A DNA stretch of 61,946 nt, counting the filler, from Dirinaria sp. TL-2023a (taxonomy: Eukaryota), in the NCBI GenBank assembly GCA_051941275.1. It is 2 parts of 2 records of this genome, joined end to end, with 100 filler letters (N's around TTAATTAATTAA, not from the genome) between each part and the next. Parts side by side here need not be neighbours in the genome. Positions count along the whole stretch, not along the records: positions 1 to 30,926 come from JAVEBF010000097.1; 1 more part is not named here. One strand, 5' to 3'. This document shows, piece by piece, positions 1 through 14,567 of the stretch. The notes under the pieces are model-generated. The model was not told the origin of the DNA, did not search any database, and saw nothing but the letters and a program-made list of their open reading frames with translations. Positions within the stretch are counted from its first letter, which is position 1, and each line of letters starts with the position of its first letter. The translations under genes and the position numbers were made by a program.

Positions 1-70
1 CCGCTCCAGCACTGGCCGTGATCCTGGAGACGTGGGCAGCGGTTTGGGTGAAGAGTACTGAATTCGACAT
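1..70 (-). CDS. Possible 5' end of a gene running off the left edge (MSNSVLFTQTAAHVSRITASAGA...)
   Basis: ATG (cat at 68-70) opens a stop-free frame to the window edge, with a pyrimidine-rich leader upstream on the minus strand; too short to identify. Confidence 0.3.
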   Translation of the reverse strand, partial: MSNSVLFTQTAAHVSRITASAGA

Positions 71-2684
71 GAGATGTTCGATGAGTCAAGGATTGCTAAG
101 GGGAAAAAAAAGGAGGAAACTTTTGAAACTGTGTGTTGGAATCACTGGATCACAATTTGCGGAGCTTATGCCTGATCGGGTTTGATCTGTCTTGAGAGAC
201 GTCTTGTCCATGGGATGCAGCATGGTACCATTCGTTCAACAAGACCCATTTGCGGAGACAGCGAGGAGCAAAAAGACGATGTACGATCTTTATAACCTGG
301 TCGTGTTTGAGTAAATAAAGTCATTTCCATCTAAGCTCGCTCTAATGATGACGCTTCTAAGAAGCATCAAAATCCACGTCGTGTATTTGCTTCGTATTGG
401 TACAGACACGCGAGCTGGTGAGAATCACCATTCGGAATATATACAAAGTCGCCTCTGTCTGGCCTTATAGGTTTATAGTAACCCTTTTCCTATGACTTGT
501 TGCTGCTGCTTAGCCGTACAATGTGTCATATGCGATCTCGTAACAATGATAGCCATATATGGAACAGGCTTATTCTTGTTCATTTTTGCCACCTTTGGCT
601 TGCTCACTTGGGGTCTACTTCTTCTCCTTGAGCTTGTACGTGTCGGTCTGCGCTTCTTTGCCTAACTTGACACCACCGAACCAAGTCGATTGGCTTGATG
701 AGGACATCCGGCAGGCTTGCGATTATTTGATAAGAAGGAATCGGGTCGCTTTCTTATAGATGGCGGTAGCGTGGATTTTTGACTGTGGTGTGTTTCGTGA
801 TTGTGTGTCGAAGGGGAGCTTTCACTGTGACTGACCGCCACCACGGTGAAGGAATCCCTTGAAGGCGTGTGTGGAAGCGATGGGTCTTGGGCTGTCAATG
901 GAAGAGGATAGACTATCTACGAAGTGTAGATGGGATAAGATCCCCGTTATGTGGATAGGCGACAATCTGGCTGGCGTGTCAGTGTTTCCCGATGTATTGA
1001 TACTTTGTTGTATATATACTTCGCTGGGCTGCATATCCTAACAGGAGCTAACGTACCTCACATCTATATCATCGTGGGCCCCACTTGAAGTTCTGCGTAC
1101 TCGTACAACCCTTGCCAATAGAGACGTTACTTTTTCACTGGAAAAGGCATGTCGCTCCAGTCAAATCTTTCTCCCGCGGTCCTCATAGTGCGATGTTTCT
1201 CCGACACCGCGATTCCTGGCTCAGAAGCAAATTTCCCTTTGACACGATGATTGCGCCAGCCAGGGATCTGCAGCAGGAGATACAAGAAAACACTAGCCAA
1301 AGCAAATAGAGCGACGCAATGCAATAGACATTCCCCGCCTACGAGCCGAGAAGATGGTAGGTGTAAATTGAACACAATGGACGTGGAATGATCATGGTTC
1401 AAATTGGTCGGGGGCATTATTACGGCTTGAAAAAGTGTTTCGTGGTCGCTTCGTAAGACCGTCACCCCATATTGCTTTGTCGCAGCGATGCAGATGTACA
1501 TAAGAACCTGAGCACGCGACAGCATTTTATACTTTGATGAACGGCAATTGCGGGATGGATGCGTGAGGCGGTGTCGAGTCATGGTGGTCCGTGATTGGAG
1601 ATGAGCTCGTCGAAGGATCTTCAGCCGAAGCTGTCCAGCGGCAGCATCTGCCTTTGCATGAAAGAGGGAAGGCTTGGCATGTTGGTCCGCACGCCAAGAC
1701 CTCCGCCTCGGCCTCGGCCAAATTTAAGGGGCGGAGTTGCTGTACCAAGTATGCAAGGGCCTTTTAGGCATGAGGTAAGGTACCTAAGGTAAGGTAAGGT
1801 AGGATACAGTGGGATGGGGGCGACATTTGTAGCAGAATGCGGAATAGCGCGGTGACGCCATTGGCTTTAATGCCTCTAACTCCTTTTAATCCTCCATAGC
1901 TCCTGTCGCGTCAGGTTTCTCCTTCTCCTTTCATAATGTAGTCACAGCTTCCATAGCAATATAATTTGCTTCAGCGCCATCGGAGTCTCCTGCAGTGGTC
2001 ATCAAGGTGCGTGGACATGAATGACCTTGATCGCAGCAACCTGACTGTCTTCTATTACCACGACTGCTTTCGGTACCCTTTATCTCAGAAGTTAATTCGT
2101 CCCTTTTCCCAATACAGAGTCCGTAGGCTTGATGGAGAACTCTTTCGAAGCTGCCTTTGCCTGTTGTGGCTTCTTCCTACCATGGCCTCTGACTTTCTGC
2201 ATTGCAAGAGCATATCAAACAATCTTTGCGTTCCTAGTTAATTCGTATTTCTTTGCCTGTTTCGTTCTCTTTTCAGATTCAAGGCTTCTCGACCTATATG
2301 AGCATAGCGTTACGGATTGTTTTCTTTCCTCCGTATATTCTTCAGATCGTTACTATTTGTGCCCAAACCTTTACTCTTAATTTGGATGTCTTCTCTTCCG
2401 CACCAGGTGGTCCCTCTGACAACTCCCAATCTTGAGGTATCCTTCATGATGCTACCTATCATCTGAAAACGTGTAACACTATGCAATAATGGCAGCCGCT
2501 TTGAATCACCTCCTCCGATCGCTAGTTAAGCGCAGCTCGGAATTGACAGTACGCTGTCCCCTTGCGCAACGCGCCGAGGCGACACCCGCCCGCAGCAGCT
2601 TTGTTCAAGTCATCAATCTTTTGCTAAATTCTCTCAGCGATGAGCCAATTCTCTTCATGATTTATTTATTCGTCTTTGTCCAGA

Positions 2685-3713
2685 ATGCGGACGCTCAAAA
2701 TTCTGATCTTGTTTCTCACCAAGTACTGCCTGCCTTTGACCACCGCCTTTTCACTCCCATCGACCTTCGGCGTATCTAATGTCAGCTTACCAATTACACC
2801 TCCTGGCTTCAGTACGGACATTGTGCTCAATCCAATACTCCTCAACCCCCTAAGCGCGTATCTCAATGCCATCGACAGCGTGGCTGAATGGTCTTTACAA
2901 TTGGAATCAAGGTCCGCAGCTCCATGGGACACGTCTGTGCTTAACGATCTGTTCGTATCAGCGTATGAGCGGGGCGCTGGTCAGAGGGCTTTCGCAGCGT
3001 TTATACTCCGACGAGTGCCTGCTTCGATCTATCGGCTTCCACCAGTGAAATTGAGCTACGTTTTCCTTGGTCTCTATCAAGGCGTAACAGCTATGACAAC
3101 GCAAAATGAATTCCGAGAGCTAACCGTCTATCTGGACCTTCACGGGTTCAATTTGGGATATTTTCTGCTTGCAAATAGACAACAATCGCATCAATCATTA
3201 AATTAGAGCCTCTTTCTATCCCCCGGAAACGGCACGAATATCACTATTCCGAATGCTCAGACAGGCCGCATTGTTGACCCGCAAGACTATCGACTTGCCA
3301 TTGACTTTAGTTTCGTGGGTGGTCGTCCGTTTGCGGCCTCGGACATCTTCACTGCGATTCTGGATGCCATGATCGAGACTGCAACTCGGGACCTCCTCTC
3401 TGAGCAGACACAGATTCGCGGCGTCAGCTCTACATCGATATGTTATCTTTATATCAATGAGGCCCCAGTTCAACCTGGAATGCGAAGACTAAACGGAGAA
3501 ATGGTTCTGCGGGTATTAAGATTAATCGCGTACCATGCCTTCGCCGTACAAAGGATCTATGGCGAGCTTCAATTCAGTCTAAAATACAACGAATATGAAT
3601 TTGCGGCTGGGTTCTTTCTAAAAACGACCCATGTGGGAGAGAAAAATCAAACTATGGGAGCTGCACGTAAACGAAGAGAACCGAGACAGTTCAAATCGTA
3701 TAGACTGCTATGA
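2685..3713 (+). pseudogene. Secreted protein of unknown function (~342 codons) interrupted by a single in-frame TAG at 3204-3206
   Basis: ORFs 2676-3206 and 3315-3713 are in the same frame, and the sequence between them is open (SLFLSPGNGTNITIPNAQTGRIVDPQDYRLAIDFSFV). N-terminus MRTLKILILFLTKYCLPLTTAFS looks like a signal peptide; several N-glycosylation sequons. Confidence 0.65.
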
Positions 3714-3921
3714 AGGGATAAAGCGAAGACTAAAGTAAGTCTAGGTGCCAAACAGAGCTGCGCTTATGCTGCTGAAGTTGGACTGAAGAGTCTTTCATGA
3801 CTCGACCGAAAACACCAAACATTAACTCGGTTTATCGCACGTCTTACTTATTGCTATTCATAATGTATCGGCATCGTCGCTTATGGTTCGAAGCGCATTA
3901 TCCTGTCTACCGCTTGATGGC

Positions 3922-4909
3922 TTATGCCTGGCCAGACTCAAAAGCGTCAAGCTCACGCTGTGTCCATTCCCACAAGCTCCGTGCTAAGTCCTCGTCACCG
4001 CCCATCTTCTCCCTTAGACCCATTACACCCACAGGCACATAGTACGTGCCACCTTGCACACCGGCCGCGGTTGCTGCCCATATCTGATTCTTTGCTCCTT
4101 CTTCGGGGTATGTCTTCCTTTTACCAAGGAAGTTGAGTCTCAGGCCTAGACGATTAAAAAAGCTCAGATTTTTTGTCAGAAGCTCAGTCTCGACGACTCC
4201 GGGATGTACAGCAGTGCTGGTAATGGCGGGATGGTGCCGGGCTAGTTCGTCTGCGTAGAGCAAATTCGCAAGCTTGCTTTGGCCATAACGTGCCCAGGTC
4301 GCCCTTGCGAAGCCTGCGAGGTCTTCTTGCTTGGTCTTGAGGGTCGTGAAGTTGATGCCGGACTCAGGGGTCATGCTGTGCGCGATCGAGGTAAGATTTA
4401 TTATTCGAGCGTCTCCGTGAGACTTCGCAGTGGCTTCCAGAATCGGCAATAGGCGCCGGATGAGGAGGGCATGACCAAGATGGTTGGTCGCAAACTGGAT
4501 CTCGTAACCGTCCGCTGATAGCGCTGGTGGTGCTGCCATCTGGATTCTACGGTCAATGGTCATTGCCATGAGTCACCGAGCAAGCGCCTACAATGCCAGC
4601 GTTGCACATTAAGACATCGAGATGTCCTGGCTCTCGAGCGAGGAATTCCTTCGCAAGCCCATCGACAGACCTCAGAGAGCTGATATCTGCTTTCAGAAAG
4701 ATTACACGGTCAAAACTTTTGCTGGACTTCACCAGGTCAATCAGAGCGTTGGCAGCGCTTTCATTACGACCGGTAAAGTAAATCTTCTCAGGACTGTGTT
4801 GGGCTAGGGCTAAGATTGTTTCCTTGCCCAAGCCTGCTGTCCCGCCTGTAATCAAAAAGATTTTCTCTGACAGATCAGGGATCTGATGAGCTACTGAACT
4901 CGAAACCAT
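3922..4909 (-). CDS. Short-chain dehydrogenase/reductase (retinol dehydrogenase/WWOX-like); exons 4592-4909 and 3922-4539
   Basis: TGGTAGLG Rossmann motif, NAGI, QFATNHLGH, catalytic YGQSK and VHPG; 52-nt GTAGGC...CAG intron (4540-4591) joins NAGI to MAAPP in frame. Confidence 0.93.
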
Positions 4910-7113
4910 CTCTCAAAAGTGTCGAAAATTGGAAAATAGGCAAAAAGTAGAAAATGTATATAGAATGTCGCGGGGAAAGGTGGAGTAGATCAGCTTGAAT
5001 AATATTGATATCTACATGCGAGTAAGTGCGGTGTTGAGCATGCCGGCAGATAAGCGCAAGGCCTAATCGGGGCAAAGACCTCCGCACACGGTCTCTAAAA
5101 GATTAATTTATCAGGCCATCCAAGCACGTCAATAATAGGTCATCCGTTCTAATAACCTCACCTGATCGAAGAGCGACGTGGAAATCAACTGCATCGAAAA
5201 GTCTCCACATTCCAGCCGACTCCGAAGCGAAGGCACTTCCAAATGACATCAAAATGTACGAATACCTTAGGTATCTTATGTGGGGATTAACTCCCGAGGT
5301 CACCACCATGAGCTGCACCTAAAACGCTTCGTTACGGGCGCTTTTCCTCTTCGAGGGCCCAAATCGCGTGGGTGCCTCATGAAGCCTCGGGCGGGAGGAT
5401 TAGGCGTTTCAGGTAGTTGGCAAGAGGAGTGAGAAGACTCCAATCGGATGATATGGCGATAACGAAACGGCTGATACATCTCAACGCCAGTGATAGCACC
5501 ACGTTCAATGCAACATTGTCAATGGAAAAACAAGAAGAAGTTCGAATTCGGAAACACCTTCAAGAACCGATTTGTAACCCAGTGTTCGAAAATCGCACTT
5601 TTTCTCCGATTTAAGCGACGATAGTGTCATTGAAGTGACCGTATTCGTTGAGACAGATAGTAGTGGGAAACGCGTGCTGAGCACTATGCTGTGCAGTCAT
5701 TGAACTGGAAACTTGTGATATGACATTCGCTGCTAGGTTGAAGCTGGGCCTTTTGTTCGGGTACATCGGACAAGGTGGAAAGCCTAAAAATTACTCGACT
5801 CAATTGATATTCATTTTTGCAAGGTATATGTGGACCTGGGGATGTTCTCCCAGGTAAGCCGAAGCTTGCTCTCCCAGAGCAATATGTTCTCAATTATGCT
5901 GCTTCAAGCTCGCGTATCCATGCTCATGATGAGTAGGGTTAGCTTTAATTGGTGTCTCGTATCCCTCTTTTGATTCAGGCTGACTATGATGATCGTTCAT
6001 CAACTCTATTCAGGTGTTACGTTGCGTAGCGATCATCACAGCATTCTGAAGAGTAGGTTGCTTCTACACTTTCACAAGATGGCGTTCACAATTCATTTTG
6101 ACATATTCGTTGAAAGGGTGTCAGTCATCAAAGACTCATCTTTGCACCGACTGTTGCTGAGCGGCAATGAGCGAGAAGCTAGCATGCAAAATGAAAAGGA
6201 TTAAAATGAACATTTACACATGTCCTGCCGATCGTACGCCGACGCTGAGCTCAAGCGAGTTCGCAGCCGATGCTTTGGAGCTCATTGAGTAAATTCCTTC
6301 GCTGTTCATAGGGTAGCTGAAAGGTGTGGTCACACAATATGGTGGAATTGCAAGTATTGACGATGGATCGAGGAATTGGACGACAGCTGAGTGCAACTCT
6401 CTGTGGACACTACATAGAACATGTGGTCGGATTGGGAGCATGCTAAGCCCAAATAGACTAGGGTCGGGTGAACCGCCAGGCCTGCTACCATCGGAGTGCA
6501 TGAAATTATCGTACTCAGTATCTTCTCGACATGAATGGGCCCCTCCGTACCGCTGATCTGTTTCAGTCGTCTGCTTCAGCCTCCACAGCCGTGCGCATCG
6601 GACAAGAAACCCCCAAGTAGAAGGTGAGCGAATCTTCAAGGACAAGGATCGGCTCGTGAGTGACAAGGCGGTCAGCGTGGGTTTTCGCACGTTAGACGCT
6701 CTTGGCAAGACGCGAGAGTCCTGCGATGTGTAGTAATCTTCACGTTGCAAACGAGAGGCGGCGAAGTGGATCAGACACAGTCTACAGCAAGACTCAGCCT
6801 TCTCCCGAGAATTCCAGCAAACAATTGCCGACACGTCGAAGCGGTATTTGCAGCATTCTTGTCGAGGTGAGTCCCTTCTATTGCAGGAAGGCCCTATTTT
6901 GCAAAGCCGCCATCCATCGTACTACTCAATGGTCACTTGTGGGAATTTGCCTACAGCGCTGCCTCGACTGTTTCTTGAACCGCGCAGACCATTTCCTACG
7001 GGAATTATCTCGTTGAGAGTGCATTTGGCAGATTCTAGTCTTTGGACTACAATTCTTCGCTTCCCAAGCTCCCACTGTTCTGAAACTTGGCCGGCGTACA
7101 CAGGTCTCCAAAA

Positions 7114-7830
7114 ATGCAATCAGTAAGAGAACGAGTCTTAGATCATGGAATCTTCGAACTTGCTTTGGCTGAGCGCGAGGACATTCCAAGGCTCTCACAT
7201 ATTCACGTTGTCGCCTGTCTGCCCGACAATGCATTCCGATTGTATTTTGCGACCCCAGCTGAATTCGAGAAGGAGGTGACCAAAATGCTCGAAGGTCAAG
7301 TCGGGGAACCGACATGGCAGCATGTTAAAGCAGTGCACAAGGAGACTGGTGCACTCGCTGCATGGGCATCATGGCAGTCACTGACTGACGCTCAAATTCG
7401 GGAGCGCGATGAGAAAGCCGCAGGGAAGGTTGCGGAGTCTAAAACAATCCAAGGCAAAGGGGAATTCGACTTTCCACCGGGACTTCCATCCTATGTATCG
7501 GCAGACACCCGTAGATGGTTGGAGAAGTGGACCTGTGGAAGACGTTACATCCAGTGCAAAGCGCTCTTTACCGAACCTATCTTTCAGCGGCAAGGCATGG
7601 GGACCGCCTTGGTCAATTACGGTAATCATCTGGCCGACGAAGCAAATCTGCCAATCTTTCTCCAAGCGTCACCATTTGGCTATCAGATCTACGCGAAGCA
7701 CGACTTTCACACTGTTCAGTACCTTGACGTAGACCTGAGGGAATGGGCACCAGATGCTAAAAGCAATGATAAAGGGTATGGGAATTATCGGTTTCGCTAC
7801 ATGCTGAGGCTGCCAAGGACGCTGCCATAG
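7114..7830 (+). CDS. GNAT-family N-acetyltransferase
   Basis: Acetyl-CoA motif A (LFTEPIFQRQGMGTAL) and motif B (IFLQASPFGYQIYAKHDF); first ATG at 7114. Confidence 0.88.
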   Translation: MQSVRERVLDHGIFELALAEREDIPRLSHIHVVACLPDNAFRLYFATPAEFEKEVTKMLEGQVGEPTWQHVKAVHKETGALAAWASWQSLTDAQIRERDEKAAGKVAESKTIQGKGEFDFPPGLPSYVSADTRRWLEKWTCGRRYIQCKALFTEPIFQRQGMGTALVNYGNHLADEANLPIFLQASPFGYQIYAKHDFHTVQYLDVDLREWAPDAKSNDKGYGNYRFRYMLRLPRTLP

Positions 7831-8437
7831 ATAGATTGATGCCCGTGATACTTAATAGCGTCCAAGGTATATCGTAGCGGACATCGTTGGGCGAACATGC
7901 TATTCTGAAATGATATAGACAAACCCCATCATTGCCCGACTCCCCTGAAGCAGCCCCTGAACTGCATCGAAGACAGTACCTTTGGAGGCTTCTTCTCACT
8001 CAGTCGCCACTTCTTAGTCTTGTCGCTAAGACAGACGGAAGTAGCATTTTGATATCGGTATTCAATGTATAGGTGCACAAAGTGATGCAGGTGTGCTTTG
8101 TCGCATCTAGAGCATTAGGATTACTTCTGGCGCCAATGAATATCAGCCGATAAAATGTTGTCATGTATCTATCACCTTGCGTCCAGAAGATGTCGTTGAG
8201 ATCGACGCCGCTGTTCACGAACCTCTGTGTCCCACATCAGGATTAGATATTCGGAGCGACGTCGAACAAATCGGGACAAGTCGAAGCTGCGTGATGGAAC
8301 GAAAGTAAAAGCAGCTCCTCTAGTCTAAAAAAGTTCGAAGATTGCTTGCTTTTTAAGGTGAAGAGGCTTTGATTTCCGAGCCCGTGCACCAGTTAAGGAT
8401 CAAGTTGAAATCTCAATTTCTGAAGTTGATAATCGAT

Positions 8438-11400
8438 CTAAGCGGACCACGTTCGCGGATGAATCATCCGACCAAATCGTCTGCGATCTCGGACTGGCGG
8501 ATTCTGAATCAGGCTTAATGGCTCCAGTAGATCGTCATTGGGTGCCACTAGTGCTAGGGAGCCCGCTCGCAGCTCAAAAGCCTCCTCCATCTTGCCTTGC
8601 TGCTCGAGCGCAGTAGCCAGGCTCCGACGCGCGCGAGATTGGTACGGATTGTCGGATTCATAGATCTGCCTAGACCATGACTCCAACGCCTCCCATTTGC
8701 ACTGATTCCAGAGAGAGCTGCATAGATTACTCAGGAGTCGCGCGTCATTGTTTCTTTGTCGGTTTACCGCGTCAAGATATGCTGCCTCTGCTTCTGCGTC
8801 ATGACCTTGGAACGCATGGCAGATTGCAAGACATTCGATGGCTCTTAATGTATCAGGATGTGAGGGGCCAAGCCTGAAGTTGCGCCATGAGATTACTTTC
8901 TGATACAAATCTTTGGCTTCAGAATGGTTGGAACTGCTTAGGTAGCAGTCGGCGAGGGCCTCCATCGCACCGTATGTCTCCTTGTGGTCACGGCCCAGCT
9001 TCGTTTCATGTAGCTCCAAAATTCGCAGCCGATATGTCTGCTCCTCACTGTAGCCCGCATTTAACCTGCAGCACTCAGCGATGGTCTGCAGGCAGCTTGC
9101 GGCAATACGCCATTCGGAATTGTTGTAACAACTCGCTAATATGGCTTTGCTCAATTGAGTAGCTTCTTCCAGCCTGCCTTGACGCATAATCTGTTCTGCA
9201 TGGCTGAGACGGTAATCATAAACATGTATATGCTCTGAGTAATAGATAGCCTCGCCAAGGGAAATCAATTTCGCGTAGAAGATCTCCGCCATCGCCGCGT
9301 CGCATTGGAACTCTGCGATTCCGGCCATGCTGCGGTAAGTGTAAACGGTCTTGGTGTTCTCGATAGCATTGCTAGCAGGACAGCGTTCTACGATCTCTTG
9401 CCACATGGCGATTCCCTCGTCCTCGCGCCCGAGCATCGCTAATTCGAGAGCATAGTCGTGCATGTTGTCGAGCATGCGTACACTGTTTGGGCCTTCCAGT
9501 TCTTTCCAACATTCGAAGCTGGCCTGGCCCATCTCCAAACACAGCTCTTCATTGCATTGATCATAATAAAGATGAGCTAACTCAAATGCCGACTCTGCAA
9601 AATTCAAAGAGGGATAATGAGATATGCTCAGGGCCTTCTGGAGCAGCTCCACCGCCACGTCAATGTCGCTTGTGGACTGTATTTGGTAATACCGAAGCCT
9701 GCCGTAGAGCCACGTCGCTGCTGCGAGCCGTTCATCGTGCTCATCAACGAGCTCTCGGAAAATCTTGAGACTCTGTTCTGCCCGATCTAACGCTTGAGGA
9801 TACATGCCACGCTCAATATCGAAGTCTGCCGCCCAGCATAGCAGATGCGCTAGCTCTAGTCGAGCTTCGCTCGTCGTGTACTTGTAGCTAGCGATGATGT
9901 GAACGTGGGGAGCAAGTGCGTCGCAAACAGGCCATTCCGCCTCTCCGATCTCAGTTGGATAGACTTTGGACAGACAGGTCAGCGCTGTTTCCTGCCATTT
10001 CTGAGAGGTTTTATCCTCCTGCACGGAAAGCTGGACGAAGCGCTGCACTAGCCGATGGATCTGGAAGCTCTGGGAATTATCTCGGGCGGTGACGAGATTG
10101 AAGGACTGCAATACGCCAAGGGACGTTGATACCTCTGGCACTTTAAGCAGAAATTTGGGGACGCTCTGACGGTCGAGCATCGCAAGCAGGCACAATAGGT
10201 CCGCTGCGTAGGGCTTCTGCTGCTTGATCTGATCGTAAGATAGCTTCCACGTTCGGAACACGCAGTTGTCGCTTTTGCCGTCCCGGCGAGAGTCATTGAG
10301 CTCCTCGTAGAGAAACTCTTCCGTGTCTTCTCCTTGCAGTGCGTTTGTATATTGCGCGATTGAGACCGGATTCTCCTCGATAAAGGCTGCTGCTTGAGAC
10401 ACTGCCAGAGGAAGATGGTCCAATTCTTCTAGAAGCATGCGAACCTCCGGTTTATCCAAGTTCGACTTCTCTTCTCCAACTTTCGATAAAAAGAGTGCTT
10501 CCGCTTCCTCGCTTGACATTGGCTGTAATGTTATGGGCTTCCCTTTATTTGCTAGTCTTTTTGCTACACGGTTGTCGCGGGTTGTGATCAAAACCTGATT
10601 TTGGCTGTTGTTTACGCTGTCCGGGAGATATTCAGAGAGATTTTTTGAGGGATCGTCCAATGAGGCTCCAGACTTATACTTGCCAGGCCACCAGTCTTCG
10701 ATGTTGTCGGCATTGTCAACGACGAGGAGGTATTGACGTGTCGTACTTTTGAGCCAGGAGGAAACCATTCCAAGAATTGACGCTTCCGGATCGTCCCACC
10801 CCGGCATTTCTAGTAGCTGAGCGATTTTCTTGTAGCCCTCATAGAATCGCGCAATGTTGCCCCCATAGACCCACAGAACGTGCGCATCATCCCTGCTCTC
10901 CTTGTATCGATAGCAATACTCGATGGCGATCTGCGACTTGCTGTAGGAATGTGTGAATATACTCACTTTCTGTATTGAAGACGGAAGGCTTCCTTACCCC
11001 ACTCCGCCGATTCCCGAGATTGCTACCCGATTCTGAGTCTCGAAGCTCGAAGCGATCGACTTTAGATTGTCTTCACGGCCTACAAAATGCTCATCGCGAC
11101 TGAATGGTACCAGAAAGATCCCGGTTGCATTTGTATAGGACGGTAGAGGTTCTGATGGCCGTCTCTCGGCTTTCGGGCTTGCCTTCTCTGCCGGAGAGAC
11201 GTTGAGGAATGTCAATAGCTGGACATTGTCCCTCAGCGATGTCGCTATTCTCTGGACACGTCCCTCCTCAACTAAGCTGAGACCAGCCTTCACGGTCCTT
11301 TTTAGGCGTGAGTCGCCCTTCATTATGGTAACCTTCTTTAGGATCTCGTGGAGCTGGGTGACCTGTTCGAAGCATTGTCTCACAATGTCCTCGAACGCTT

Positions 11401-11608
11401 CCCGCGCTTGTGGCGATAGAATTTCAGTCAAGTGCTGTGTGCTGTCGACAATACTTATGACAAGTGGTAGACGCGTTCTCATGTCGCGAAAGACCTCGGG
11501 AACATCACCAGCTTCGGACATCTCCTTCAGCCTCTTAGTGATTTTTGTCCCAATGTCGATGAATGTGACAATCGCAGAAGCTAGTCCTAATGCAGTGATC
11601 GGATCCAT
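8438..11608 (-). CDS. Fungal NLR-like STAND protein: SesA/HeLo-like N-terminal domain, NB-ARC NTPase, TPR repeats; exons 10998-11608 and 8438-10940
   Basis: N-terminus MDPITALGLASAIVTFID; VPFSRDEHFVGRE; Walker A GIGGVG|KS restored across the 57-nt intron 10941-10997; Walker B LLVVDNAD; ITTRD; LDHLPLAVSQAAAFI; IHRLVQ; TPR motifs LGRDHKET and LGPSHPDTL. Confidence 0.92.
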
Positions 11609-12147
11609 GGCTTGAAAATTAGCTTAGGAAGAAAACAATAATATAATGTCTGGAAAATGCTTATATGTTCTCACAACGGGGCGGACCGGTTTCCACACTT
11701 GGGACGACGGTACGGGGGGATCTGTCAATGGTGCCATATTGTGATAAGCGCGCAGGTCTAGACCATGGCGCTCGCATGCTGAATCGCATTGGCTCGGTTC
11801 CAGCTCATTATGCAGGCCAGTGCTAGGATGGAAGGGCTTGTGGGAGGCGGATAGGCCACCGCTTACTCTTCGGAGGATAAGCTGGTTGCAATCTGCAGAT
11901 GGGGGCCACTTTATTCTTCTCGTCTTCCACATTTCTTTACAGTATCCCTGCAGATTTTTGTCTGCGTGACCCTGTCCCACGAATCGATTGCGTTCTGGCA
12001 TTCTAACCAGAGCAGATTCGAAGGTTCCTCACATAATGCGCGAGATGCCAAAGAATTGCGATGTCAGTTCCAGCAGCGCACTGGAGCTGCTTAACACGTA
12101 AATGCACTTAATTTGAATTGCGAATTGAGCCTTGAATCCGTCGTTGA

Positions 12148-13877
<1,730 letters not shown>

Positions 13878-14567
13878 CTATTACACGTAGACTATATCTG
13901 CGCGCTCAACGTGAAGTCGTGATTATGCTGTGTGGTTTGCAGACTTGGCTTGTATCACATTAGTTATAGGAACATGGCGTTGCAAGCAAATAAGCGGGCT
14001 ATGAAATCATGAACACCTTCGTTTAAAAATAAGTCGTAGGCTACGAGAGAGCCGTTTTCGATGTAAGTACTTCTCAGAGCTGGTAGAAAGAAGTCGGGCG
14101 AAGGGAGTATCCGGGTCGCTTCTTGTAGCTGCCAGTCCGGAGAACCTCAGACCCTAAATGAAACCCTAAATAGATTCATCAACATTATTGCTATTCCTAC
14201 ATGCACCGCTTGCTAGTTCTCTCATGAAGATGAACAAGGTCACTTGTTCTTAGCAACAATCGGAATGCGAAGCCTCCGTCGCATACGCCACTTCTGGAAA
14301 CCCCTAAGTGCGGCTTGGAATACTAGAAGTTATTGCTCATTCAAGGACTGCGAACAGTGCTCAGAAATCTTGCACCTCCTCATGACAGCGAATAATACAG
14401 ACTAAAAAAGAAAAGGGAAATAACATCTCATGATCCAATCAAGGACCTTCCATATCAATTCAACAACCAGCCCCGTATTCATTTACACATAGTAACAAAC
14501 CTCGTACATAACGCTATCATGAAAATTCAGAAGTGCATGCTTTGATCCCTGGACATTTCATTTCTTT

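Noticed and set aside
1770..1805. (GGTAA)n-like short repeat
   Set aside because: Simple low-copy microsatellite with no spacer or element structure
559..2780. Many short overlapping ORFs
   Set aside because: No motifs, many have non-ATG starts; region reads as intergenic/promoter DNA
6214..7126. 206-aa minus-strand ORF and overlapping plus-strand ORFs
   Set aside because: No recognisable domain or coding bias; at most an unidentifiable relic
11624..12001. 125-aa ORF upstream of the NLR as a possible small amyloid-signalling partner
   Set aside because: No G/N/Q-rich amyloid motif in it or in the NLR linker; probably a chance ORF in the promoter
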